Positions 24,601-35,990 of a stretch of DNA of 64,000 bases are shown piece by piece. Origin of the DNA: Ancylonema sp. (taxonomy: Eukaryota). The position numbers and the translations under genes are program-made. The notes under the pieces are model-generated. The model did no database searches. It saw only the letters and a program-made list of their open reading frames with translations, and was not told the DNA's origin. The DNA is taken from positions 1 to 64,000 of the forward strand of contig JBFLGF010000226.1 of the NCBI GenBank assembly GCA_050230475.1, in the 5' to 3' direction. Numbering within the stretch: the stretch's first letter is position 1; the number at the start of each line of letters is the position of its first letter.

Positions 24601-26280
24601 ATTTTACCACCCCGCGCTGAGGACATCAACTTGGCCCAGATGAGGAAACTGGTCGCAAAACATGGACCGATCGACATTGTGGGGGGGGAACTGGCACACG
24701 GAGACACGCCGATCATTCAGTGGGCTGCAAGGGGCAAATGACTACCGCATACTACCCTTCTTCGCACTTCTATCATGGCTGCACTAGCAGAATGAGATCT
24801 ATGGCTTCTATCCCGTCACCCTTTTCTTCACACATGTGGACTACCCGGAATGTCCACTGTGGGCCATCGAACATGGCTACTTGCCTGAAGCTTTCCTCGG
24901 ACCATTAGTCACTATTGACGCAGCCACCTTGGCTAGAAACACCATTCGACCTACCCGCATCTGGACCAACATTCTCACACCACGAGAACTTCACTACTGC
25001 ATACCCTAACATAGATTTGCACACACTCTGGAAAAACAAGTGCTGGAACCAACCCATACTGCAGCACCTGTCTTTGAGGAGGAAGCTACACCACACACCC
25101 CGAACATATATGAGCAACCACGCTGCGTCTTTCCACAACTTCCACCATACCTCGACTCACCCGACTATTTCATACAACCAGATGGGACACCGGGATGTGG
25201 CATGGTGTGCGACGCAAACCTTCAGCAATGGCAGGCACCCACACCATACGAATTGGAACGTGCATTGGGACTCCAGATCGGCATCACTGCACACAAGATG
25301 ATTGATCAACCCACACGTGTTCAATTATTGGGGCACTGCATGGATGACCGCATCACTACCTTTCTCGCAAGACTACATTTGGGACTCACCACATAGGAAT
25401 CAGCCCTCACCCCGGACACCAGGTATACACCAATACCAACACTGGGGGGGAGGAACAAGAAACAATACCAACTGGGGAAAACTTCAAAACATACCAAAAA
25501 AAAGACCAAACCAACAAAACAATCCCACTCCACTTTCATACAACATACTACTACCACAATACCATCTTAACAACAACATAAACCAAACGACAATGGCAAC
25601 CCAAACGCAACCAACCAAGCTATTACAATGGCAAAGCACACTACAAATGCTTTACTAACATGACTCTGGAAATTCAGCAACCTATACTTCCACCCATTTC
25701 CCAACCACCAGTCAACCTACATTTAACCTTATCTTCATACACTACTTCTATCGAGTCACTATCTGATTCTGATAATTTACCAGATAGTCTACCAGATTTA
25801 ATTGCGGAAACTATACCATCACTACCATCCTCACCTACTCCATCACTTTATACACCATGGCATTTCACACACCTGGAAACATACCTCAACCAAAGTCAAA
25901 GGGAACAACTTTCTTTGCTGAACCAACCTTCAGATTCCACACCTGACATTCAACTATCTACAAACTACAACCAGTCCCACACTACACAATTTTCTCATCC
26001 AATCGAACAATCACCAACCAGTTTACCTTACTATCATCTTTCGCACACTCGTCTGCTACTGTGACCCAACTTCTCTACGACAGTTCCACAACTTGGGGGG
26101 GGGAGTGAGAGCAGCCGAGACACCTCGAACACTTCATGAACATTTAGAAGCAGTTGCTGAAGCCGAACAATCGACTTCAGAAGTCCGAACCTACAATACT
26201 TCATCTATCCAATACTCTCCTACAANACCATGGTTTTTTGTACAATAAAACCTGTCGAAAGGAATATTGTCGGGATTGGG
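21690..26280 (+). mobile_element. Pol-less LTR element: gag - probable coiled coil - DNMT3-like domain - PPT - 3' LTR
   Basis: Possible PBS TGGCGCCG (~21696); gag 22018-22908 with knuckle CHKCGKTGH; heptad-like segment 23061-23644; DNMT-like 24229-25396; PPT TTGGGGGGGGGAG then TGAGAGC at ~26106. No PR/RT/RH/INT motifs were seen and no matching 5' LTR was found. Both ends are approximate. Confidence 0.75.
24229..25396 (+). pseudogene. DNMT3-like domain with substituted catalytic motifs; frameshift in the G-run at ~24681 and internal stops
   Basis: GVHIWIPWAN (motif I region), GPIDIVGG/NWHT (IV), LFFTHVDYPECPLW (VI), AFLGPLVTIDAA..IRPTRIWTN (VIII), YELERALG..RVQLLGHCMDDRITTFL (IX/X). Confidence 0.8.
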
Positions 26281-26972
26281 AAATAATATTCCTTTAGATA
26301 GGTTATTCACTTAGACACGGACGGTTCATAAGTTCGGAATCCTAACGTTGCGATTGGAGGCACGGTATGGCTCTCTTACCCCCCTCCGCGGGTGTCATTG
26401 TCGTCAGCAGAGTTAAGGATTGTTGCTCGACTATTTTAGGGTTTGGTTTGCTTCCCTTTTTCTAGGGTTGGTTCCGTTCGGGTGGTAAAATAACGTTGGT
26501 CTTGTACTCGGATGGGGTTCCCATCGTGCTTATAAAATTATCGTCTAATAAAATGCGTCTTCTCTCTAACAAATCGGTTTTGGGACCGGAATTTTTTGAT
26601 TCGATTAGAAAGGTTATTCCTTTAGACAGTGTTCCTTTAGACGGGTTATACTGTTTCACCGGTACCCTTTCAAGTTCCCACGTCGTGGCTTTTGACTGCT
26701 GTGCGGACACTTGGACGTCTGAAGAATCTACTTCTGACATACTCTACCAACACGTGGCTCAATTTCATTTTTCATTTTCGAACCGCGACCTGTGAAGCAG
26801 GAGGTATCTTTTGCAAAAGGGCGTGTACGGAATTTCGTTTACGGAGGGCAGCACACTGCATTTCGTCTGGTACCTCTTCGTCAGCAGGTCTGAGTGGAGC
26901 TATCAATCCTGACTTCCTCCCCACTTGCCGGTAGTACAACGCCTGTAGATCCGTTCCAGTATTCTAACAGTC

Positions 26973-29538
26973 ATGGCGTCTTCGTTGCAGTTGTACTCTT
27001 CTATCTGTGCCCCTAGGCCTGTCGCCTCTATCTCTCAGAATGCGATCTCCTCGTCGCATGTTGCGATGTGCTCTGTGCGAAGGGGTTTCAGCGCAAAGGC
27101 ACTGGTCCTCTCCAATAAATCCGCCTTTTCGGGGATTTCCCTTGCCCCTGTAGCGACAAAAAGACATGTTTTGGTTCGCCGCGATGCTCGGATCGTAGCA
27201 ATGGCACAGTCAGGTGCAGTCGGGGGTGCGAGTGAGCAACCGATTCCAGATGAGGTGATGGAGGAATCAGGGAAGAAAGTGAAGATCGCCACGTATTTTG
27301 CGACATGGTGGACGCTGAATGTAGTATTCAATATTTACAACAAGAAAGTGCTCAATGCATTTCCCTTCCCTTGGCTCACATCCACTTTGGCCCTGGCCGC
27401 GGGGGTGGCCATCATGGCACTGTGCTGGGGAACCGGCATTGTGGAGAAGCCGGACACTGACTGGAACTTTTGGAAAACTCTCGCACCAGTAAGTTTCAGT
27501 AGAGCAGTCAATGACGGGGAGTGACGTCGAGCTGAATGTACCCCTGCAAAATGACGGTGTTGAACTCAGTCGGAATGTACTAAAAGCCTACTGCCCTGCT
27601 CAGTCCGAGTTCGGTGGACTCGAGCGTATTTTAGTCGCATCAGGTGCTCAGCTTTTCCTCGAGAAAACGTGTCAGCTAAATAGCATTGATTGTCCACCAG
27701 GCACTACTTAGGTACAACCTGGCAGCTCCTTACCCGAACTTGTCCCATGTGTAGGTTGCTCTGGCCCACACGATTGGGCATGTGGCTGCCACAGTAAGCA
27801 TGTCAAAAGTGGCCGTCTCGTTCACGCATATCATCAAGAGCTCCGAACCCGCTTTCAGTGTTTTCGTTCAGAGTGCCCTTGGCTACGAATCCTTCGGACT
27901 CGGAACCTGGCTTGCACTCATCCCTATCATCGGAGGTTGCGGCCTGACGGCTATGACAGAGCTAAACTTTAATATGGGAGGTAAATACTGCACTTTCATT
28001 ACTACACTTTCCAGTCTTGGCAGATCAATGCGTACAAAATCGGATCACTTTAATCACGTTGTCAAACACAGAAGAAAGAGAGTAAAGTGGTATTGCTATG
28101 GTTTTCAGCAAGCTGATTGATAGGCGGTTATGCAAAGGTTGTCGAAGAACGTTTGCTGGTCTCGTCACACCACGACTTGAGACTCAGTGGTGTTCGGCAT
28201 GCATCTGCAGGGTTTTCTACGGCCATGATTTCCAACCTGGCGTTCGTGTTTCGAAACATTGTCTCTAAGAAGGGGATGAGCACGGGCAAGGCAGTGGGCG
28301 GCCTTAACTACTACGCGTGCCTCTCCGTCGCCTCCCTTGCGCTGCTCACTCCTTTTGCCTTCTATGCTGAGGGCCCTGCCTTGTGGAAACTCGGATGGCA
28401 GCAAGCCATCAATGATGTAGGCCCGCAATTCGTCTGGTAAGCAGCGAGCAATCCTTGGCTTAGCTTGCGATCCTAGATCCCAGTAGTATTCTGCCCTCTG
28501 TGGCGGATGAAAAGAACCACCTGGATTCCAGCGCCTTTTACGTGGAGCTACGCAGACGTTGCATCCTGAGGTGCATGTGTCCTGATCCTGGATGCGATCC
28601 TGTGTCGTCATATACTGGGGTTTCTGTAGCCTGCCTAACGATGTACTTGTCGAATGGACTGGAGGGGGGGAGAACAGGAGAGAGTCAAAAAGTGGGGGGG
28701 AGGGATAGAAATCTGAAGATGGTTGTTGAAGTGAGGGCTTTCCAAGTGAAAAAGGGTGCTGAGACCATGTCGTGTATGGGACGTTCTGCGAGTCACCCTT
28801 CCTGAGTTAGTCAGTGGACGTAGTGCAAGGCCTTTTCAATGTTTTCAGATGTGGCTGCCAACCCCCTGTGTATGGCTCAGGGTTTTTGAGTCAAAGTCCG
28901 TGACAGCAGGGAGGGGTAAATGAAGGACAGCCCTTGCTCCTAGGTGGTTATTCTAAGCAAGGGACCAAAGAAAATCCCTTTCGCACTTTTTGGAGTTGTC
29001 CCAATTTGAGCTCGTCCTCCCCCCTTCCACCTGTCACGCAGGTGGGTGGCGGCCCAGAGTGTGTTCTACCACCTGTACAACCAGGTTTCATACCAGTCCT
29101 TGGACCAGATCACCCCCCTCACCTTCAGCATCGGGAACACCATGAAGCGAGTGAATGTCATTGTGGCCTCCATCATCATCTTCAAGACCCCCGTGCGGCC
29201 CATCAACTGTGTGGGAGCAGCAATCGCTATTTTCGGAACCTTCTTGTACTCTCAGGTGACCACGTTTGCCAACCTCTCTCTACAGCAAAAACCTTACAGG
29301 CAAAAAGACTCAGGGTGTCTTACCTGAAAGACCGGAATGTGAACAACCAGAAAATATCGTCTCAGTGAGATGCAGTCTATTGGGTTTTCATCATGTTCAT
29401 CTAGAACCACTTTTTGCAAAATATTTGATGACTTTGCAGGATGAGCAACAGGTTTGACTAGGGATCTCTTTGGGTTTCTTGGACTGGGTGCAGGCGCAAG
29501 AAAAGGAGAAGAAGGCCAAGGCCCTCAAGTCTGCTTAA
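26973..29538 (+). CDS. GPT: Plastid glucose-6-phosphate/phosphate translocator (~408 aa, N-terminal transit peptide)
   Basis: GT-AG exons in frame: 26973-27488, 27755-27980, 28211-28436, 29042-29255, 29494-29538. Motifs YFATWWTLNVVFNIYNKKVLNAFPFPWLTST, GHVAATVSMSKVAVSFTHIIKSSEPAF and SVFYHLYNQVSY..TFSIGNTMKR. Confidence 0.95.
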
Positions 29539-30657
29539 AGTGCAAACAGGGGCAGTGGATGAGGGGGTTGTTTTTCCCTCTTTCTGTGTTGTTATCAAAG
29601 ATAGTGGTGTGAAAAAATGCACTCAAAAGTACAATGCATGGATGGAAGGTTGGAGGTGGGACACGAAAGACTGAATGCATGAGCGCAAAGCTACAAAATG
29701 TACATCTGGGGCGTGAATAGGGACTGTTTTGGATTATGCAAGATGATAGGGCTGCGGGGTGAGAAACTACAGCATTGAATACGAGGCAGCAGTAGAGCAG
29801 GCTGGAAAACGCAGCAAGGTGGGAGCAGGGGTGGCTCAGCTTAGAGGTGGAGCATGGAGCTTGCTTGTGCGCAGCCTCGGTATGAATCAAGCGTTTGCAT
29901 GGCGTCAAGCAAATGAAAATCGTTTGCAATTCTGTTCTGTAAGTGCTGTGTTGAATTGTGTGTGAGGAGATATTTTAGTGCCACATGTTTTGGCCCTTCC
30001 ATGTAATGGTGTATTGGTGTGTTAACGTTGTGATTCATGGGTTATGTGAAGAATCTTTTGAGAGCTAGGCTGTATGTGGCCGCATGTCACTAACCAAGCG
30101 GCCAATGATACTTTCCTCATCCTCTGAGAGGATGCAAAACATGTTATCTTGCGCCAAGTGAGCTCAAGCGAAATTTTCGGATTCTTATTGAGACTCATCT
30201 AGTGTCCTGAACAGCAATCAGGGGCCGCCAAGAGAGTTGAAATTGTTGAGATCATTCACAGGCATCCATTCACGCTATAGCCAGTGCGTCAGGTGCCCAT
30301 GCAGGCTGCAGATTGAAGTTCCACACTCGACTGCAGTACTAGTTTAGCTGCTGTCTGTGTAATCTAGCTTTGACAGGCCAATGACAAAAGCTCATTTGAA
30401 TTCATAAACCTATCCAACAACTGGGAAGGAAACAAATGGTCGCAGCATTGCAAGTAGATAACCACAAACACAACAGGTCCTACACAACTTCTGTTGGTGA
30501 AGGAATGGTGTAGAGTCTACACTATTAGACCCACGCCACGCCATCTAACTTTTATTACTAGGAGCAGATACAAAAGTAACGAAGTGCATCATTTGTGATG
30601 TATTATTAAGTTGAAATCCAGCTAGCAAAGGAAATTAAGCACAAGTATGATCTGGTT

Positions 30658-32170
30658 CTACTCAAACTTTCGAATAGTACCAAGTTGCGCGATGATCACT
30701 TGTATCTGCTCGTCCGACATAGGTGGCTTCCTTCCGTCCATCTGAACCCAGACACAGATTCGAGCAACATCACATTCGCAAAAACATGAATTGGCCCTTG
30801 TGGGCTCTAAAACCTGTTGCTTTGGCCACTACATGCACCCTGATTGGGGATTGTAATCAGCGTGATATAAACACTTCCATTCGGAAGCAAGTTACCCCCT
30901 CGCCAGACTCTGCTAGCAACCTTTGCAGGCAGCTGGTCTGCTCTTTATCCGTACCGTGCTCAGTTTCAATAACTCGGCGTCTGCTCAAGGTAATCATACA
31001 TACCAGACTTTCCCATGGGAGGGCATACATTGCTGCATTTAGCTTACCGCAAGGGATGGCACTAGTGCCTTGGCCTCTTCCACTGACTCCGGAAGCTGAT
31101 TGCCCATCACTGCGACCTGGACGAGCAGAATTGGCCCACTCAGGCTCCATGCAGAAGAAGACACATTTGTAGGTGCATCAGTTTGTTTGCAGTGCTGTTG
31201 ATGTTCAGATACCACCTACCTCAAAGGAATGGAGCTTGAACTGCGTCTCTAGAGACCTGCAGAAATAGAACTCGGAAGTGTCCCATTTTAGGTGATGACT
31301 TTAAAGAGATGGAGGATGGATGGAAATACGAATTCTTTCTTTAGATGTTATTGCGTGCTTCACACCGTGTGCGGCAAGAAACGCAAGTGCGATAGAAGAG
31401 ACAATTAATGATAGCGGTGGAAGGGGAAACAATTACCCTCGAAGCTGCTGAACGGCGTCTTGGTTGGAGAGTTTGGAAAACCGGTGGACATAAGCAAGTG
31501 ACTTCTCGAACACGCTGCCATCAGGAATGGGAAGGAAGTGAGCTTGCTTGCTGAAAATTTCCAACTGGATCAACGAATGGTAGGTGCGAAGGACTCCATC
31601 TCTTACGAGCTCATGGCGCGCGAATCATTAGCGTCTTCTCTTTCTCTCTGCTTGGCGGTCAAGAGCTCAAATACTTCTGAATTGAGGAGACACTTGGCGT
31701 TCCTGAAATCTGTAAGAAGAAGCATCAGATTATCCATAAATGAGGAGACGGCCACTGTCACAATCGTTGGAATGGACCGTGTGGACATATTGCTCTTTGA
31801 CTCTGGGGGGCGCACCGGTGTCTCTTAGTGAAATTTTCATCGAGACTAAAGAAAGGGGGACTGACCTACTCTACGTTATATCTCCCCCTCTATCAATCCT
31901 AGAGATTCGCGGTAGTATATGAAAACAGATCACTGCTCCCGAAAAGGTGGGACAAGGAAATTCACCAGCAATCGACGATGACGTCATGGCACCAGATCAG
32001 AATCCATGCTGTCAGGGTAAAATAATTGAAAAGCTGGCCGCGTTTCAATGACCATTTTTCTAGAACGGTGAATTCTTCCAAACGACGAGCATATGGCTTT
32101 AGGCGTAGATACCTTCACCAAGCTTGAGGCTTCCAGCATCCTCGTCGTCGGCGCTAGCCTGCTTCGCCAT
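30658..32170 (-). CDS. RPB4: RNA polymerase II subunit RPB4 (~142 aa, 6 coding exons)
   Basis: Exons 32170-32113, 31709-31607, 31514-31437, 31256-31220, 31116-31048 and 30741-30658 join in frame. They give MAKQASADDEDAGSLKLGEDFRNAKCLLNSEV..VFEKSLAYVHRFSKLSNQDAVQQLR..LHSFEVAVMGNQLPESVEEAKALVPSL..LGTIRKFE*, colinear with plant NRPB4 as I recall it. Confidence 0.92.
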
Positions 32171-33302
32171 TACTGAATCTAAATCATTCAGCTGCCCTAA
32201 AATCCTCTGATGACGGAGTCTGGAACAAGAAAGGACGAGCAGTTAAGCAGGCGCTAATGATGGAAGCTCCGGAAACATCCCCACATTTCACTTGAGCTAA
32301 CAGATTAGCTCAAGAGATTCTATTAATATGAATCGTGAGCAGCGAGCTCGTGAGAGCTTGTCTCACTCTCAAGGCGTGTCCTCCGTAATACAAGACCTTA
32401 GTGTACCCATCTCACTGGCGAGATGGCCCTGTCAGTGGTTTGCCATTGTTGGGAAACCGGCGCGACATTTGCGCGCGCAATCGCGAGCGCAACGAATGCG
32501 GATAGGGTCCGGATTCAGGATACCGTACCGGCCAGATTTAAAGATCCGGAAATTAATTATTTTTCGGTTGGGTCTTAAATATTAATTCCAAAGTCGCTTC
32601 TGGGGCCTTAAGTCCCCTAATCCCCGGTTTTTTAAGGAGGCCTGGGTCTTTATCTCGAGGTATTTTGAGGTCATCTATAGTTCAAAACTATTTAAAACTA
32701 CCGGATACACATGCCACCCCTCCGTGAAAAAAGGCAAGGCATCATAAGAAAACAACATCCCGTTTCAAAAAACCATTTTAGTTCAACACACCAATCACAA
32801 CTGAACATATCCGCTTGCGTACATAACTTGTTCACGCATGCGTACCCATCCATAATATGGTCGCTGTTACCTCACAATTTATGAAAAGCCACAAAAGAAA
32901 TATAGATTTATGTAGTTTGTATTTATTTATTCTTGTATTATATTTTTTATTTTGTTTTTTTTGTATTTAATATTTATTTTTCGTTTCGGCAGCCTAAACC
33001 TACACACTTTAAATAAAATCTGAATTAATGGGGGTCGGTGGGGGGGCGTCAAGGGTATGAAGCATGGAGGGGTCAGCACCGTGGTCGCAAGATTTGCGCA
33101 CGCGCGCGGCACGCGTGCCGCACCGGGACAATTTCTGTAATCGACTTTCGGACGTCGAAATTTGACTGAGTCGTGAGTACTGACCATTTTGCACTGTAAG
33201 TAGTTCGATATAACGTCTTAGGCCCTAAATTGAATACTGCCACGTTGTTACCGGTTCACCATATACATTTCATGAATTTGGAAACATCCCGGCACCCCTG
33301 GG

Positions 33303-34660
33303 TAGGGTGGCGGTCTACCCCTCACCCGGAAAATCCTTATCCCGTAACCCTGAGGTATTAACCCGCAAATAACCCGGCATCCAAAAACCGGGTTAAAAAC
33401 CCGCAATAACCCGGAATAACCCTCGTACCCGAAAATACCCGGAATACCCCAGGGTATTTGAGGGTATTTGAGGGTATTTAAGGGTATTCCAGGATACATC
33501 AGGGTAGGTTATAGTAGGTTCTTCCGGAATTTTTTCGTCACTTACACGTATCTAATCGCCTAATTTTCGGTTACGAATCTGTGCGGCCTGGCAGTGGCCC
33601 AGAAAACCTTGTTGAAAACGGCGCGAACCCCATCCCCTTTGTCGTCGACAAGTTGTCGTTGGCGGCTTTGAGAGTCTCGAGCCCGCCTGGATAGGACTTG
33701 TGTAGAGGTCGTGGATAGCTATGTGGGTGGGTGGCTGATTTTTTTTTTGAGGCTTGGGGACACAGTAGCAACCAGTTTTCGTCATGGACATGTCACTTGA
33801 TACGCAAGAGTCAGATGGTGAAGAAGAACCATCTCATGAGAAATGTGTGGAACACTTTCGGCGCGATGTGGATCTTTCGGAAGAATAAGATGAGCGAGTC
33901 ACTATGGTTGACATGCTCCAAGTTATTTACGACGATATTGTCAAATACTAGTGTATACAACGTCTAGGCTTTACAATTGCGTGTCTTTCAAAGAGACTCT
34001 CTCAACATTTAAATTTGTGTGATGCATTTTTTTATTTTTTTTTCAATATATATTGGGATTTTTTCTAGCCTTTGATAGGGTATAATACCCTCAGGGTATG
34101 TTAGGATATGCGAGGGTTATTGCGGGTATTTGAGGGATTTTGGGGATATTTCCGGGTATTTAAGGGGTTTTGAGCATAGGTGGGTCAGCACCGTGCGCAA
34201 GATTTGCGCACGCGTGCGGCACGTGTGCCGCACCGGGACAATTTCTGTAATCGACTTTCGGACGTCGAAATTTGACGAAGTAGTGAGTACTGACCATTTT
34301 GGACTACAGTAGTTCGATATAACATCTTAGGCCCTAAATTGAATATTTCCACGTTGTAACCGGTTCACCAAATACATTTCATGGATTTGGAAACATCCCG
34401 GCACCCCTGGGGTGTAGGAAGTACCCCCCCCCCGCCGGGTAATAATAGTATAATTTTAACGCCTATGGGTCAACACCGTGCGCGAGATTTGCGCACGCGT
34501 GCAGAACACGTGCGGGACGCGCACTTGAAAGACCCATCTATGTTTTTGAGGGTACGGTGGGGGTAGTTAGGGGTACGTTAGGGTATTTGCGGGTTACTTG
34601 AGGGTATATGTGGGTTATTTTTAAACCGGACAAAAAAAAATGCGGGTTACCGCCACCCTA
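33303..34660. mobile_element. hAT-type non-autonomous element Y
   Basis: TIR TAGGGTGGCGGT / ACCGCCACCCTA. 8-bp TSD CCCCTGGG (33295-33302, 34661-34668). Subterminal GGGTAT/ACCC repeats. Confidence 0.88.
34175..34542. mobile_element. hAT-type MITE family X, copy 2 (uninterrupted, inside Y)
   Basis: TIR CATAGGTGGGTC / GACCCATCTATG; TSD GTTTTGAG/TTTTTGAG (7/8). It carries a single CCCCTGGG at the position where Y inserted in copy 1. Confidence 0.88.
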
Positions 34661-35563
34661 CCCCTGGGGTGTAGTAGTACCCCCCCCCCCCCGGGTAATA
34701 ATAATATATAATTTTAACGCCTATGGGTCAGCACCGTTCGCGAGGTTTGCGCACGCGTGCGGCAAGCGTGCGCAAGCGCACGCGTGCGGAACACGTGCGG
34801 GACGCGCACTTGAAAGACCCATCTATGGTATGAAGGGGCAAATACAGGCCATAGATGCCTAAATATAAGAATACCGGTAAACTAATCTTTAACGATCACG
34901 GTGTTCAATATTTTAGGAGCTAATTTGACCGTTACCAGAGTGGGTCATATGTGAATAAATAGTCGTCCGGAAGCGGTGGGCAAATTGCTGGGGCCTAAAA
35001 ATTATCTGCTCGGGGGTGGGCGGATTGCTGGGTCTTCGGCTTATTATTTCGATTCCCGGAGGGGTGGGGCATTAAATCTGGCCGGTACGGTATCCGGACC
35101 CTGATTATACCTTAAAATGTCATGTTGTTTTTTAAGGCTTACAATGCCACTTTTCACGTCACTACAGTGCTCTCTCGATACAAAGACCCTCTTCTTAAGG
35201 ACAACCTGGATAGATGCACATCTTTTTTTAACTTTGTGAAAATTATAATAAAATTGCCCTCCATATTAGCAAAACAACAAACTACAAACAGACAAATTAT
35301 TTCATAAATTGTTATTGAATGTCCTTACACTGTGTATAAAAAACATTATTTCTCGCAAATGACGAAGGGAACTGAGAAAAATATGGAATCCAAAATAATA
35401 AAATAAAATAAATAAATAAATATTAAATAATATATATAAGATTAAAAGTTCATGTTAATATGTATAATACTACAAATTTCAAAATTCATAGATGCAAGTG
35501 ATGAAGATTATGGGTGGGAGGCAAACTAATATTCAACCGTTATTTCATAAAGCTTCGTAGTGA

Positions 35564-35775
35564 TGACGTGCTGTTTGGAGTCGGCCGCCCGAAATGATAT
35601 TCTTCATACTTTGACTTCTCTCTAAACTAAAGTTCTTTCTTTTGATGTCCTCATAACTTCTTCTTCTCTAAGTTCTGATCAGTTCTGATCAAATCATCTC
35701 ATATAGTCTCAATCTTGTATCGATAAATGTTGGTAATCTCTCATAAAGTCACAATGTGGTATTGTGCTGCTCTCA
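35564..35775 (-). repeat. Gypsy A 3' LTR (212 bp)
   Basis: TGAGAGC...CAGCACGTCA after the PPT; its end is shared with 1750-1944. Confidence 0.8.
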
Positions 35776-35859
35776 CTCCCCCCCCCTAGTTGCGAAATGG
35801 TAGTGTAGCCCCCAGTTGCGAAATGGTAGTGTAGGAACTGGGTATCAGGAGCAGCGTTC

Positions 35860-35990
35860 GCCTTGGTGGTCAGCACAAAACCATGCACCTTCAGGTATTG
35901 TTTTGAGCCGGGGTGTGAGACAATAGATGTAGTAGCCATCGTTACAGTCGTCACACAAAATGAGATGATTGTCTGCAGGTAGGGTCCGCA
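35860..35990 (-). pseudogene. PHD finger at the integrase C-terminus (gypsy A), damaged
   Basis: Translates as PTCRQ/LILCDDCNDGYYIYCLTPRLKTIPEGAWFCADH. Confidence 0.8.

Larger units (their letters stand above)
33063..34827. mobile_element. hAT-type MITE family X, copy 1 (interrupted)
   Basis: Ends CATGGAGGGGTC / GACCCATCTATG. Perfect 8-bp TSD GTATGAAG (33055-33062, 34828-34835). Confidence 0.85.
32523..35090. mobile_element. Non-autonomous Tc1/mariner (pogo-like) element hosting nested hAT MITEs
   Basis: Perfect 19-bp TIR CCGTACCGGCCAGATTTAA (32523-32541, 35072-35090), flanked by TA on both sides. Confidence 0.8.

Noticed and set aside
32503..35104. hAT element with TAGGGTCCGG termini enclosing the whole nest
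   Set aside because: There is no 8-bp TSD; the inner CCGTA TIR with a TA duplication fits better.
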